A stretch of DNA of 64,000 nt from an uncultured Rubritepida sp. (GCA_964395305.1 CAYNBM010000001.1:248402-312401); one strand, 5' to 3'. Shown: positions 38,419 through 53,501, numbered from the stretch's first letter. Numbers and translations: made by a program. The notes: generated by a model from the sequence alone, not told the origin.

Positions 38419-39393
38419 ATGCTGAACACCGCCATCATCGGCATGGGCAATTGGGGCCGCACCCTGGTGAATTCCGTGCAGGGCCGCAACGGCGCGGGCA
38501 TCCGCTTCGTCGCCGGCACCACCGGCACCCTGGACAAGGCCCGCGACTACGCGGCCGAGAAGGGCATCCGCCTCCACGCCAGCTACGCCGATGTGCTGGC
38601 CGACCCCGAGGTGCAGGCCGTGGCCCTGGCCAGCCCGCATGGTATCCATGCCGAACAGGTCATTCAGGCCGCTACCGCCGGCAAGCATGTCTTCGTCGAA
38701 AAACCCTTCACCCTGACGAAGGCCAGCGCCGAGGCCGCGGTCGCGGCCTGCGTGAAGGCCGGCGTGGTCATGGCGCTCGGCCACAACCGCCGCTTCCTGC
38801 CCGCGGTGGCGGAGATGCGCGCGATGCTGGCCGATGGCCGGATCGGCACGCTGCTGCATGTCGAAGGCCAGTTCTCCGGCCCCGGCGCGCTCAACTACAA
38901 GCCCGGCATGTGGCGCGCCGACCGTGCCGAATCCCCGCTCGGCGGCATGGGCGGCATGGGCATCCACATGGTGGACATGATCATCCACCTCGCCGGGCCC
39001 TTCCGCGATGTGCGGGTGCTCAGCCACGCGAAGGTCTCCACCACCATCGACGACACCACCGCCATGCTCGCCACCCTCTCATCGGGCGCGACCTGCACCT
39101 TCGCCACCCTGGCCCTCGCACCCCGCTTCTGGCGCGTCGCCCTCTTCGGCACCGCCGGCTGGGCGCAGCTGCACGGCCACGAGGCGCTGACCTACTGCCC
39201 GCTCAACGGCGCGCCTGAAACCAAGACCTTCCCCGTCACCGATATCGAGCATGCCGAGCTCGAAGCCTTCGCCGCGGCCGTCGCCGGCGGTCCGGCCTAT
39301 CCGCTGCCGCTGGATGAGGCGATCCATGGCGTCAGCGTCTATGAGACGATGATCCAGGCCGCCGCCTCCGGCAGCGCCTATGCCGTGGCCTGA
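38419..39393 (+). CDS. Gfo/Idh/MocA family oxidoreductase
   Basis: In-frame part of ORF 38260..39393, from MLNTAIIGMGNWGRTLV. Contains FVEKPFTL. GGAGGG lies upstream. Confidence 0.85.
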   Translation: MLNTAIIGMGNWGRTLVNSVQGRNGAGIRFVAGTTGTLDKARDYAAEKGIRLHASYADVLADPEVQAVALASPHGIHAEQVIQAATAGKHVFVEKPFTLTKASAEAAVAACVKAGVVMALGHNRRFLPAVAEMRAMLADGRIGTLLHVEGQFSGPGALNYKPGMWRADRAESPLGGMGGMGIHMVDMIIHLAGPFRDVRVLSHAKVSTTIDDTTAMLATLSSGATCTFATLALAPRFWRVALFGTAGWAQLHGHEALTYCPLNGAPETKTFPVTDIEHAELEAFAAAVAGGPAYPLPLDEAIHGVSVYETMIQAAASGSAYAVA

Positions 39394-39414
39394 GCCAGAG
39401 CGCGGGCGCGCGCG

Positions 39415-41142
39415 ATGCTGAGGCAATTCGCCAGCTTCTGCCGCCCGCATATGCGCCTGGTCTGGCTCGATTTCGGCTGTGCCGCACTCTCGGGCATGCT
39501 GGAACTGGGCTTCCCGATGGCGGTGCGCGCCTTCATCGACCATCTCCTGCCGCAGCAGGACATGCAGCTCATCATCCTGGCCGTGCTCGGGTTGCTCAGC
39601 GTCTATATGCTCAATGCCGGGCTAATGGCGGTGGTGACCTATTGGGGCCATGCGCTGGGCATCGCCATCGAGACCGAGCTGCGCCGCCACGCCTTCGACC
39701 ACCTGCTGCGCCTGCCCCATCGCTTCTATGACAACAACAAGACCGGCCACCTCGTCGGCCGCGTGACCAAGAATCTCGAGGATATCGGCGAGGTCGCGCA
39801 TCACGGCCCTGAGGATCTGCTGATCGCGGTGCTGACCTTCCTCGGCGCCTTCGCGCTGATGCTGGTGGTCAGCCCGGTGCTCGCCATCCTCACCGCGCTG
39901 GTGGTGCCCGCGGTGGCCTGGATCGTGGCGCATTTCGGCGGAAGGATGGCGCAGAATGCCAGCGCCCAGTTCCGCCGCGTCGGCGCCTTCAACGCGCGGA
40001 TCGAGGAGGCGGTGGGCGGCATCCGCGTGGTCAAGGCTTTTGCGAACGAGGCGCATGAACGAAAGCTCTTCGCCGCCGACAATGAGCGCTACCGCAGCAC
40101 CAAGCTGGAGGGCTATCGCGTCATGGCCGCGGGCATGACGCTGAACTACATCGGCATGCGACTGGTGCAGCTGGTGGTGATGCTGGCCGGCGCCTGGCTG
40201 ATCGTGAAGGGCGATCTCTCGATCGGCGATTTCGTGGCCTTCCTGCTGCTCGTCGGCGTCTTCTACCGGCCGATGGACAAGATCAACGCGGTGATCGAGA
40301 CCTATCCCCGCGGCATCGCGGGCTTCCGCAGCTACCTCGATCTGCTGGCCGAAAAACCCGAGATCGCCGACCGGCCCGATGCGCGAACCGCGCGCCCCTT
40401 TCGCGGCGATGTCCGCTTCGAGGCCGTGAGCTTCGGCTACACCCCCGAAAGGCCGGTGATGCGCGGCTTCGACCTCTCCATCGCAGCGGGCGAGACGGTG
40501 GCGCTCGTCGGCCCCTCGGGCGCCGGGAAGACCACCATCTGCGCGCTGCTGCCGCGCTTCTATGACGTCCAGGCCGGGCGCATCAGCATCGATGGCATCG
40601 ACATCCGCGACATGACCCTGGCCTCGCTGCGCGGCCAGATCGGCCTGGTGCAGCAGGATGTCTTCCTCTTCGCCGGCACGATCCGGGAGAACATCGCCTA
40701 TGGCCGTCTCGGCGCCGACGATCACGCAATCATGGCCGCGGCCCAGCGGGCGCGTCTGGCGGAGATGATCGAGAACCTGCCTGCCGGCCTCGACACGGTG
40801 ATCGGCGAGCGCGGCGCCAAGCTCTCGGGCGGCCAGAAACAGCGCCTGGCCATCGCCCGCATCTTCCTGATGAACCCGCCCATTCTCATCCTGGACGAGG
40901 CGACCTCGGCGCTCGACACCGCCACCGAACGGGCGATCCAGGAATCCCTGGCCGAACTGGCGCAAGGGCGGACCACCCTGGTTGTCGCCCATCGGCTGGC
41001 CACCATCCAGAACGCCGATCGCATCCTGGTCGTCACCGGTCAGGGCATTGTCGAGCAGGGCTCGCACCGGGACCTGCTGGCCGCCCGCGGCGCTTACCGG
41101 GCGCTGCACGACGCGCAATTCGCGGAGGCGCAGGGGGGCTGA
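39415..41142 (+). CDS. ABC transporter, fused permease/ATP-binding exporter (MsbA-like)
   Basis: 575 aa. Six-TM domain, then Walker A GPSGAGKTT, signature LSGGQKQRLAIAR and Walker B ILILDEATSALD. Confidence 0.9.
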   Translation: MLRQFASFCRPHMRLVWLDFGCAALSGMLELGFPMAVRAFIDHLLPQQDMQLIILAVLGLLSVYMLNAGLMAVVTYWGHALGIAIETELRRHAFDHLLRLPHRFYDNNKTGHLVGRVTKNLEDIGEVAHHGPEDLLIAVLTFLGAFALMLVVSPVLAILTALVVPAVAWIVAHFGGRMAQNASAQFRRVGAFNARIEEAVGGIRVVKAFANEAHERKLFAADNERYRSTKLEGYRVMAAGMTLNYIGMRLVQLVVMLAGAWLIVKGDLSIGDFVAFLLLVGVFYRPMDKINAVIETYPRGIAGFRSYLDLLAEKPEIADRPDARTARPFRGDVRFEAVSFGYTPERPVMRGFDLSIAAGETVALVGPSGAGKTTICALLPRFYDVQAGRISIDGIDIRDMTLASLRGQIGLVQQDVFLFAGTIRENIAYGRLGADDHAIMAAAQRARLAEMIENLPAGLDTVIGERGAKLSGGQKQRLAIARIFLMNPPILILDEATSALDTATERAIQESLAELAQGRTTLVVAHRLATIQNADRILVVTGQGIVEQGSHRDLLAARGAYRALHDAQFAEAQGG

Positions 41143-41228
41143 TCCAAAATCACCCCGCCCGCTCTGGCGCCGCAGGAAGAATCCGTGCGATGCCACCACC
41201 GGCAACCCCAACACGCAGGAGAGCGTCC

Positions 41229-41579
41229 ATGAGCCACATCAAGCGCAGCGGCACCAACGCCATTCTTTCGACCGCCGTCGAATATCACGGTTTCGTCTAT
41301 CTCGCCGGCATCACCGCCGATGATCTCGGCAAGGACGTCGCCGGCCAGACCGCCGAGGTCATCGCCAAGATCGACGCGGCGCTGGAAGAGCACGGCACCG
41401 ACAACACCCGCATCCTCTCCGCCCAGATCTGGCTGAAGGACATTCGCGACCGCGATGCGATGAACGCGCTGTGGATCAAGTGGCTGCCCGCCGGCGCCCA
41501 GCCCGCCCGCGCCTGCGTGGAGGCCAATATGGCCAGCCCGCGCCACCTCGTCGAGATCATGGTCACGGCCTGCAAGTAA
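41229..41579 (+). CDS. RidA/YjgF family protein
   Basis: ORF 41190..41579 trimmed to MSHIKRSGTN, with AGGAGAG upstream. Ends PARACVEANMASPRHLVEIMVTA. Confidence 0.8.
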   Translation: MSHIKRSGTNAILSTAVEYHGFVYLAGITADDLGKDVAGQTAEVIAKIDAALEEHGTDNTRILSAQIWLKDIRDRDAMNALWIKWLPAGAQPARACVEANMASPRHLVEIMVTACK

Positions 41580-42712
41580 TGGGGCTGGTGGGCCTCGCCG
41601 TTTTTGCGGCGGGGCTCTCCACCACCCTGCCGCTGCCGCTGTATGTCGAATATGCTGGCGGCGGCGGCACCGGGCCGCTGGCGGCGGCTTTCGCGTGTTA
41701 TGCCGGCATCCTCATCATCACCGCCCCCCTTCTCGGCCCCCTGCCCGACCGCATCGGCCGGCGCGCCTGCATGCTCATCGGCCTCACCCTGGCCGGCGGT
41801 TCCACCCTTTTGTTGGCGCTCTGGCCAGGGCTTTGGCCGCTGGCGCTGGCGCGAGGCATGCAGGGCATCGCCATGGGCTGCGTCGCCAATGCCGCGGGCG
41901 CCTGGGCGGCCGAGCTGGCCGAGCGCGGCGGCGCCTCGCCCGAGGCCGCCAGCCGCCAGGGGGCACGGGTGGTCGCCATGGGCACCGCCGGCAGCTTCGG
42001 CGCCGGGCCGGTCTTCACCCTTCTCAATCTCCTGCTCTGGCCCGAGCCGCGGCCGCCCATGGTGTTCTGGGCGCATCTCGCCCTGCTGGCGGTGCTGCTG
42101 CCGGCGGTGGCGCGGCTGCCCGAGACACGGGCGGGCCGGCCCGGCGCCACGCTGCGCCTGCCGCTCTTTCCCCCCGGCACCCTGGCCTCGACCATGGCCA
42201 TGCTGCCGGGCTGGGGTGTCACGGGCGTGGTGCTGACCACGGTGCCTGCGGCCCTGGCGGCGCTGGGCAATCCGCGCGCCGGCGCCTGGGCGGTGGCGGG
42301 CATGATCCTGGCCGGCACCGCGGCGCAGCAGCTGTTCCGCACCACGCCGCCGCTGCGGGCGCTCAGGCTCGGCCTGCCGCTGCTCACCCTGGGGGCGGGG
42401 CTGGTCTTTGCTGGCGCGATCATGGGGTCATTGTGGCTGCTGCTGCTCGGCGCGCCGCTGGCCGGCGTGGCGGCTTACGGGCTGGTCTATCTCGGCGGGC
42501 TGGCGGCGGCCACGGCGGCGGCGCCGCAGGACCGCCCGCGCGCCACGGCGGGGTTCTTCGTCATCGCCCATGCCGGCTTCGCGCTCGTGCCGCTGGCGGT
42601 GGGGTTGGCGGCGGATGCGGTGGGCAGCGCCGCGGCGCTGGCCGGCATGTGGCTCTGCGTGCTGGCGGCCACGCTGGCGCTGCTGCCGCGCCTGCGGCCG
42701 CGCCCGGCATGA
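41579..42712 (+). CDS. MFS transporter
   Basis: In-frame part of ORF 41471..42712, from MGLVGLAVFAAG (TAATG overlap). About 12 hydrophobic segments. Loop motif PLPDRIGRR. Confidence 0.8.
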   Translation: MGLVGLAVFAAGLSTTLPLPLYVEYAGGGGTGPLAAAFACYAGILIITAPLLGPLPDRIGRRACMLIGLTLAGGSTLLLALWPGLWPLALARGMQGIAMGCVANAAGAWAAELAERGGASPEAASRQGARVVAMGTAGSFGAGPVFTLLNLLLWPEPRPPMVFWAHLALLAVLLPAVARLPETRAGRPGATLRLPLFPPGTLASTMAMLPGWGVTGVVLTTVPAALAALGNPRAGAWAVAGMILAGTAAQQLFRTTPPLRALRLGLPLLTLGAGLVFAGAIMGSLWLLLLGAPLAGVAAYGLVYLGGLAAATAAAPQDRPRATAGFFVIAHAGFALVPLAVGLAADAVGSAAALAGMWLCVLAATLALLPRLRPRPA

Positions 42713-42762
42713 TCTTCCGCGGCCCTTGTGGCACCACGCCCGGCCTGTGGTATAGACCGCGC

Positions 42763-43599
42763 ATGCAGCGCACCCTTCCCCTCCTGGCCGCCCTCGCCAT
42801 GCTGTCCGGCTGCGGCCTCTCGCAATGGGATGGCACCTTCGGCAGCCTGACGGCCAGCACGCGGCCCGACGCCACCGTCGACCGCTCGCCCGAGGGACTT
42901 TATGCCGCCGGCGTCGAGGCCCTGCAGGCCCGCCGCTTCGCCCAGGCGGTCGAGCTGTTCGACCAGCTGGAGCGCGACCATCCCTTCTCCACCTGGGCCA
43001 CCAACGCCAAGATCATGTCGGCCTATGGCGAGTACCAGCGCAACCGCTACACCGAGGCGATCGGCGCGCTCGACCGTTTCATCCAGCTCCACCCCGCGCA
43101 TCGCGACATCGCCTATGCCTATTACCTCCGCGCGCTGAGCTATTACGAACAGATCAACGACGCCCAGCGCGACCAGCGCGCGACCGAGACCGCCATGGCC
43201 GCCCTGCAGGACGTCGCCAACCGCTTCCCCGACACCGCCTATGCCCGCGACGCGCGGCTGAAGATCGACCTCGGCCGCGACCATCTGGCCGGGCGTGAGA
43301 TGGTGATCGGCCGCTTCTACCAGCGCCAACGCCTGCTCAACGCCGCCATCGGCCGCTACCGCCGCGTGGTCGAGGATTTCCAGACCACCAACCACGTGCC
43401 CGAGGCGCTGCATCGCCTGACCGAGATCTACCTCTCGCTCGGCCTCACCGACGAGGCCCGGCGCACCGCCTCCGTGCTCGGCCACAATTTCCCCGGCAAT
43501 GCCTGGTACCAGGACAGCTACGCGCTGCTGGTCGATGGCGCGCCCGGCTCGCCGACCGCGCCCGGCTTCTTCCGCCGCACCCTCGCCCGGGTGTTCTGA
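42763..43599 (+). CDS. bamD: Outer membrane protein assembly factor BamD
   Basis: In-frame part of ORF 41695..43599. Lipoprotein signal MQRTLPLLAALAMLSGC. TPR-like repeats. Lies in the conserved position upstream of recN. Confidence 0.9.
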   Translation: MQRTLPLLAALAMLSGCGLSQWDGTFGSLTASTRPDATVDRSPEGLYAAGVEALQARRFAQAVELFDQLERDHPFSTWATNAKIMSAYGEYQRNRYTEAIGALDRFIQLHPAHRDIAYAYYLRALSYYEQINDAQRDQRATETAMAALQDVANRFPDTAYARDARLKIDLGRDHLAGREMVIGRFYQRQRLLNAAIGRYRRVVEDFQTTNHVPEALHRLTEIYLSLGLTDEARRTASVLGHNFPGNAWYQDSYALLVDGAPGSPTAPGFFRRTLARVF

Positions 43600-43606
43600 G
43601 CCCCGC

Positions 43607-45283
43607 GTGCTGGCATCGCTCGCCATCCGCGACGTGGTGCTGATCGAGCGGCTGGACCTGCAATTCGGGCCCGGCCTGTCGGTGCTGACAGGCGAGACGG
43701 GGGCGGGCAAATCCATCCTGCTCGACAGCCTGGGCCTCGCGCTGGGCATGCGCGCCGATTCCGGCCTGGTGCGCGCGGGCCAAAAACAGGCCAGCGTCAC
43801 CGCGGCGTTCCAGCCAGCCGACGGCCACCCCGTCTTCGCCCTGCTGGCCGAGCAGGGGCTGGAGGTGGAGGAGGACCTCGTGCTGCGCCGCGTGGTGCAG
43901 GCTGACGGCAAATCCCGCGCCTTCGTCAATGACCAGCCGGTCGGCGTGGCGCTGCTGCGCCGCATCGCCGGCCAGCTGGTCGAGGTGCAGGGCCAGAATG
44001 AGCAGGTCGGCCTGGCCGACCCGGCGAGCCATGCGGCCCTGCTCGACGCCTTCGGCGGGCTGGCCGGCCCGCGCGGCGCCACCGCGCAATCCTTCCGGGC
44101 CTGGCGCACCGCCGAACGCGCCCTGGAGGCGGCGCGCGAGGCCGTGGCCGCGGCCATGCGCGACGAGGAATTCCTGCGCCACGCCGTCGAGGAACTCACA
44201 AAGATCTCCCCCGAGGAGGGCGAGGAGGAGTCCCTGGCGCGCGAACGCCAGCAGCTCCAGCAGGGCGAGCGCCGGGCCGAGGCGGTGGCCAGCGCGCTTT
44301 CCGAACTGCAGCCGCGCGACCGCCGTGGCCATGGCCCCGCCTCGGCGTTGCGCGCCGCCTCCCGCGCGCTGGAACGGGTGCCGGCGTTGGGCGAACTGGC
44401 GCAGCCCATCCTGGTCGCCCTCGGCCAGGCGCAGGACAGCCTGGCCGAGGCGGAGCAGATGCTGGAGCGCATCGTGGCCGAGGTGGCGCCCGACCCGCGC
44501 CGGCTGGAGGTGCTGGAGGACCGGCTCTTCGGCCTGCGCGCCGCCGCGCGCAAGCACGGGGTGGCGGTGGCGGAACTGCCGGCGCATCTCGCCGCGCTGC
44601 GCGGCCGGCTGGCGGCACTCGACGCCGATACCGGCCGCGTGGCCGCGCTGGAGCGCGAATGCGCCACCGCCCGCGCCGGCTACCTCGCCGCCGGCCGGGC
44701 GCTGACCGAGGCCAGGCGCGAGGCCGCCACCCGCCTGGAAGCGGCCCTGGCGCGGGAATTGCCGCCACTGAAGCTCGACCGCGCCCGCGCCGTCATCGAG
44801 GTCACGCCGCGCGACGAGGCGGGCTGGAACGCCGAGGGCATGGACCGCGTGGCGCTGCTGGTCTCCACCAACCCCGGCCAGGCGCCGGGCGCATTGGACA
44901 AGGTCGCCAGCGGCGGCGAATTGTCGCGGCTGATGCTGGCACTCAAGGTCGTGCTGGCCGCCGGCTCCCCCGTGCCCACCCTGGTCTTCGACGAGGTCGA
45001 TGCCGGCATCGGCGGCGCCACGGCGGCGGCGGTGGGCGAACGCCTGGCCCGCGTGGCCGAGGGGCTGCAGGTGCTGGTGGTGACCCATTCGCCACAGGTC
45101 GCGGCACGCGGCGCGCATCACTGGCGCGTCGCCAAGGGGTTTTCCCAAGGCCGGGCGGAAACCCGGGTGGAACCGCTGCTGGCCGGCGAGAGACAGGAGG
45201 AGATCGCCCGCATGCTCGCCGGCGAAACCGTGACCGAGGCCGCCCGCGCGGCGGCGGCCAGCCTGCTCGCGGGGGCGGCGTGA
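43607..45283 (+). CDS. recN: DNA repair protein RecN
   Basis: GTG start giving VLASLAIRDVVLIERLDLQF. Walker A GETGAGKS, long coiled coil, SGGELSRLMLALK and VFDEVDAGIGG. Confidence 0.92.
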   Translation: MLASLAIRDVVLIERLDLQFGPGLSVLTGETGAGKSILLDSLGLALGMRADSGLVRAGQKQASVTAAFQPADGHPVFALLAEQGLEVEEDLVLRRVVQADGKSRAFVNDQPVGVALLRRIAGQLVEVQGQNEQVGLADPASHAALLDAFGGLAGPRGATAQSFRAWRTAERALEAAREAVAAAMRDEEFLRHAVEELTKISPEEGEEESLARERQQLQQGERRAEAVASALSELQPRDRRGHGPASALRAASRALERVPALGELAQPILVALGQAQDSLAEAEQMLERIVAEVAPDPRRLEVLEDRLFGLRAAARKHGVAVAELPAHLAALRGRLAALDADTGRVAALERECATARAGYLAAGRALTEARREAATRLEAALARELPPLKLDRARAVIEVTPRDEAGWNAEGMDRVALLVSTNPGQAPGALDKVASGGELSRLMLALKVVLAAGSPVPTLVFDEVDAGIGGATAAAVGERLARVAEGLQVLVVTHSPQVAARGAHHWRVAKGFSQGRAETRVEPLLAGERQEEIARMLAGETVTEAARAAAASLLAGAA

Positions 45284-45740
45284 CCATCGCGGTGCGCGAA
45301 GCCGTGCCGGCCGATGCCCCGGTGCTGGCCGAACTTCTGCGCGCCATCAATGACGAGCCCGGCCTGCACCCCGAGCGCATCACCGCCGAAAGCGTCCGCC
45401 ATGACCTGATAGGCGACCCGCGCTTGGCGTTGCTGGTGGCCGAGGCCAAGGGCGTCGTCGCCGGCTTCGTCAGCGGCCACCCCTTCTACGACAGCGCCTC
45501 CAGCCGCTGGGGCATGGTGATTGGCGACATCTACGTGGCGCCCGAGGCGCGGCGGCGAGGCATTGGCCGCGCCCTGGTCGCAGCCCTGGCCGCGCATGCC
45601 GCGCGCGATGGCGGCGCCTTCCTGTGGTGGGCCGCCGATCTGGGCGACGAGCTGGCCCTGGCCTTCCATCGCGGCATCGGGGCGGAGGAGACACCGACCA
45701 TCTCATTCTTCATCGGCGACGATGATTTCCGGAGGCTGCT

Positions 45741-45744
<4 letters not shown>
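45280..45744 (+). CDS. GNAT family N-acetyltransferase
   Basis: In-frame part of ORF 44659..45744, GTG start (GTGA overlap with recN). Acetyl-CoA motif YVAPEARRRGIGRALVAAL. Confidence 0.8.
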
Positions 45745-48289
<2,545 letters not shown>

Positions 48290-48358
48290 CAGGCCGCGGA
48301 AAAGCGGGACGGGTCGGCTTGGCGGTGCCTTTCCGCGCAGGATTCGTTCGTCCCTTGC

Positions 48359-48378
48359 CAGGATGCAGCAGCATCCTG
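48359..48378. terminator. Hairpin in the ligA / monooxygenase convergent gap
   Basis: CAGGATGC-AGCA-GCATCCTG, a perfect 8-bp stem with no U tract. Confidence 0.3.
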
Positions 48379-48448
48379 TCGGCGGGCCGGCCTTTCCTGC
48401 ACGAAAATTCCCTCGCCAATCCTCAGCCGCCAGCTTTTCCGCAGCCCG

Positions 48449-49768
48449 TTAAAACTCCAGCAGATTGTCGCGGAACTGCGTGTGGCCGTACTCCTTGCGC
48501 GCCAGCCCGCGCGCCTGCAAGGCCGGGATCAGCCCCTCGGTGATCTCGGCCACCACCCGCCGGCTGGTGTCGTTGGTGGTGATGAGGAAACCATCGCCGC
48601 CCACCTCCGCCATCACCTCCTCCATGCGCGCCGCGACGGAGGAAGGCGTGCCCACCAGCTCCACCGAGCCATTATTGCCGCGATAGCTCAGCATCGCCTC
48701 GCGCAGCGTCTTCCGGCCCGTCACCTTCTTGAAATCATCCAGCGTCTGCTGGTGGCCATTGGTGCTCAGCGTCAGTTCATTGACCGGCGTGTCGAGGTCG
48801 TATTCGGCGAAGTTGATATTGGTGATCTTGCCGAAGAAGGCCAGCAGCTGCGGCACCTGTTTCGCCGCCCGCGCCATCTTCTGGGCGTGCTTGAGCGCGG
48901 CCTCCTCCTCCGTCTCGCCGATCACCGGCGAGACAAGGAACAGCACTTTGATGAGGTCGGGGTCGCGGCCCTGGGCCACGGCCGCCGCGCGCAGCTCGTC
49001 GCGATACGCCTTCATGCCCGCGGTGCCCTTCACCGAGGCGACCACCGTATCGGCATGCAGCGCCGCGAATCGTTTGCCCCGGGGCGAGCCGCCGGCCTGG
49101 GCAATGACCGGCCGGCCCTGCGGGCAAGGCCCCGAATTCAAAGGCCCGCGCGACTTGTACCAGCGCCCCTCGAAATCCACCTGGCGCACCTTGGTATGGT
49201 CCACCAGCACGCCGCTCTCGCTGTCGGCAATGATCGAATCCGGGTCCCAGCTGTCCCACAGCGCATTCACGCAGGCCATGTATTCATCGGCCATGTCGTA
49301 GCGCAGATCATGCTCGGGCATGCCGGGCATGCCGTAATTCATCGCGGCATAATCGCTGCTGCCCGTGACCATGTTCCAGCCGATCCGCCCGGCCGAGATC
49401 TGATCCAGCGACGCGACGAGGCGCGCCAGCAGATAGGGCGGATAGGCGAAGGTGGAGAGCGTGGGCACGATGCCCAGCCGCGAGGTCTGCGCCGCCATCA
49501 GCGTCGCCATCACGGAGGGGTCCTGCCGCGGCGTGGACAGCCCGTGGCTGAGATAGATCTCCCGGCTATTGCCGTAGCTCTCGCCGACATAGGAACTGTC
49601 CTCGATCAGCAAATAGTCGAAGCGCGCGCGCTCCAGCGCCTTCGCGATATCGACAAAGAACTCGGCGGAACGCCAGTCGCGCCCGATGGCGCCGGAAAAA
49701 GGCTCGCCCCAGGCCTGCACCGAGGAGCCCTGGAGGAACCAGCCGAGATGAAATTGTTTCTTCGCCAT
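48449..49768 (-). CDS. LLM-class flavin-dependent monooxygenase (NtaA/SnaA/DszA family)
   Basis: ORF 48449..49936 trimmed to MAKKQFHLGWFLQGSSVQAWG. About 439 aa, with a typical NtaA-family N-terminus. Confidence 0.9.
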   Translation of the reverse strand: MAKKQFHLGWFLQGSSVQAWGEPFSGAIGRDWRSAEFFVDIAKALERARFDYLLIEDSSYVGESYGNSREIYLSHGLSTPRQDPSVMATLMAAQTSRLGIVPTLSTFAYPPYLLARLVASLDQISAGRIGWNMVTGSSDYAAMNYGMPGMPEHDLRYDMADEYMACVNALWDSWDPDSIIADSESGVLVDHTKVRQVDFEGRWYKSRGPLNSGPCPQGRPVIAQAGGSPRGKRFAALHADTVVASVKGTAGMKAYRDELRAAAVAQGRDPDLIKVLFLVSPVIGETEEEAALKHAQKMARAAKQVPQLLAFFGKITNINFAEYDLDTPVNELTLSTNGHQQTLDDFKKVTGRKTLREAMLSYRGNNGSVELVGTPSSVAARMEEVMAEVGGDGFLITTNDTSRRVVAEITEGLIPALQARGLARKEYGHTQFRDNLLEF

Positions 49769-49814
49769 GGCCCAAGCCAAGCATGCGCGCGGCCCCCGGG
49801 CAACGCGGCGGTTC

Positions 49815-49837
49815 CGCGCCCGGTGCGGCCGGGCGCG
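49815..49837 (-). other. Perfect 9-bp GC hairpin between the ABC exporter and the monooxygenase
   Basis: CGCGCCCGG-N5-CCGGGCGCG. Could be a terminator or an mRNA-processing structure. No U tract. Confidence 0.3.
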
Positions 49838-49856
49838 CGACCTGCCCAGGCTTTGG

Positions 49857-51610
<1,754 letters not shown>

Positions 51611-51614
<4 letters not shown>

Positions 51615-52861
51615 GCTTCTGGAGTTTGCTTCCTGCGCAAGGCGGCGACTTCATCGGAAAAGCTGGAACCCGGCGGCGCGGCCTGGGGTTGCGGCGGTTT
51701 GGCCGAGGGCATCCCGGGCAGAGGCAGGCCCGGGATGGGCAATGGCAATGCGCCGCCCCAGGGTGAGGCCGGTTTGGCGGCCGGGGGCGGCGCGGCATCC
51801 GGCGCCACCGGCATGGGGTCATCGGCCAGCGGCCCCGGGTCCCGCCCGCCGGCCAGTCGCACCAGCGCCTCGATCCGCGCCGCGATCGGTGGGTGGGTCG
51901 CCCACCAGCCGCCACCCTTCTGCCCGGCGGCGTGTTCCAGCAGCATGGCCTGGACCTGGCTGGGCAGCCCCGGCATCGCGGCCCGGCCCTCGATCCGCCG
52001 CAGCGCCAGGATCATGCCATCGGCATCGCCGGTGATCTGCACCGCCCCGGCATCGGCCAGGAATTCCCGGTTGCGCGACAGTGCCATCCGCAGCGCCACC
52101 GACAGCACGCCGGCCAGCACCACGATCACCAGGCCAATGGCCAGGATCGCGACGTTCAGCCCGCCCTGACGTGACGAGGAATTGCCGGAGCCGGAGCCGC
52201 GCCGCCCGCCCCAGGGGCCGCCCATGCCGCCGCCCGTGGAGTTGCCCGTCCCACCCATCCCGCCGGCCATGCGCCCACCGCGCAGCAGCAGGTCAAACCC
52301 CAGGGTGATCACCCCGGTGAACACCGCGGCGATCACGGCCAGCCTCGCATCGCCATTGCGGATATGGGTCAGTTCATGCGCCAGCACGGCCGAGAGCGCG
52401 CGGTCATCCAACCCCTCCACCAGCCCGCGCGTGACGGTGATATTGCCCCGCTTGCGTTGCAGGCCGGAGGCGAAGGCATTGCGCGCCGGGCTTTCCACCA
52501 TCGCCAGCCGCGGCATGGTCTCGCCGCGGGCGATGCACAGCGTCTCCATCAGATCCCACAGCCGCCGGTCGCTCTCCCGGCTCACCACCCGCGCGCCCGA
52601 GACGGCATCGATGATCCGCTGATTGGCGGCCCAGGCGATGGCGAACCAGATCAGGCTGACCAGAACCGCGCCGAGAATGAAGCCCGGCAGGTTCCGCCAG
52701 GCCATCACCATCCCCTGGCCCAGATCATCCGCCCCCGCGGCGAAGACGACCGAGAGCCCGAAGCTGAGGATCACCAGCAGCACCGGAAACCCCGCCAGCA
52801 GCAGGGCGGAGCGCAGAAAATTGTTCCAGACATGGGTGCTGAGGCCGATGGCCTGGAACAT
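51611..52861 (-). CDS. M48 family (HtpX-like) zinc metallopeptidase
   Basis: 416 aa. Zinc motif HELTHIRNGD. Four TM segments. A Gly/Ser-rich loop between TM3 and TM4. Pro-rich C-terminal tail. Confidence 0.85.
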
Positions 52862-52865
52862 CGGT

Positions 52866-53441
52866 TCAGAACTTCACGCTGGGGGCAGCCTCGACCGCGG
52901 CGCGCTCCTCCTCCTTCAGCTCGAAGAAGGCGCGATGCTTGAATCCGAACATGCCCGCCAGCAGCACGGCGGGGAATTGCTCGATGCTGGTGTTGAACTC
53001 AGCCACCGCATTGTTGAAGAAGCGCCGCGCGGCGGCGATTTTGGTCTCGAGGTTGGACAGCTCGCCCTGCAATTGCAAGAAGCCGGTATTGGCCTTGAGG
53101 TCGGGATAGGCCTCGGTCAGCGCGAAGAGCTGGCGCAGCGCGCCGGAGAGCTGGCCCTCGGCCACCGAGGCAGCCTCCGGCCCCTGGGCCGAGACCGCGG
53201 CATTGCGGGCGCGCACCACGGCATCGAGCGTGCTCTTCTCGTGGCTGGCATAGCCCTTCACCGTCTCGACCAGGTTCGGCACCAGGTCATGGCGTTGCTT
53301 GAGCTGGACATCGACATCCGCCCAGGCCTGGTTGGTGGTCTGCCGCAGCGCCACCATGCGGTTGTAGACGAGGATGGCGATCAGCGCGACGAGGGCGACC
53401 ACGCCCAGGATCACACCCAATACGACGAGCACAGCGGTCAT
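52866..53441 (-). CDS. LemA family protein
   Basis: 191 aa. N-terminal TM segment. Contains YNRMVALRQ, ARRFFNNAVAEFNTSIEQFP and a strong AAGGAGG RBS. Confidence 0.9.
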   Translation of the reverse strand: MTAVLVVLGVILGVVALVALIAILVYNRMVALRQTTNQAWADVDVQLKQRHDLVPNLVETVKGYASHEKSTLDAVVRARNAAVSAQGPEAASVAEGQLSGALRQLFALTEAYPDLKANTGFLQLQGELSNLETKIAAARRFFNNAVAEFNTSIEQFPAVLLAGMFGFKHRAFFELKEEERAAVEAAPSVKF

Positions 53442-53501
53442 GGCGGCCTCCTTGTTCAGTGGCAGCTTAGCCCCGTTCCTGGGCGGCCGACACCGGGGGG
53501 C

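Noticed and set aside
38321-42712. Possible genomic island integrated at tRNA-Lys, carrying an oxidoreductase, an ABC exporter, RidA and an MFS transporter.
   Set aside because: There is no integrase, no visible direct repeat of the tRNA 3' end before bamD, and no compositional change that I could see.
41695-43599. A 634-aa ORF apparently fusing an Arg/Pro-rich N-terminal region to BamD. There are similar long 5' extensions on other track ORFs, such as 44659..45744, 46076..48289, 54733..56139 and 26638..27954.
   Set aside because: The extensions overlap upstream genes in another frame. Internal starts that coincide with ATGA/GTGA overlaps, signal peptides or Rossmann N-termini give normal-length proteins.
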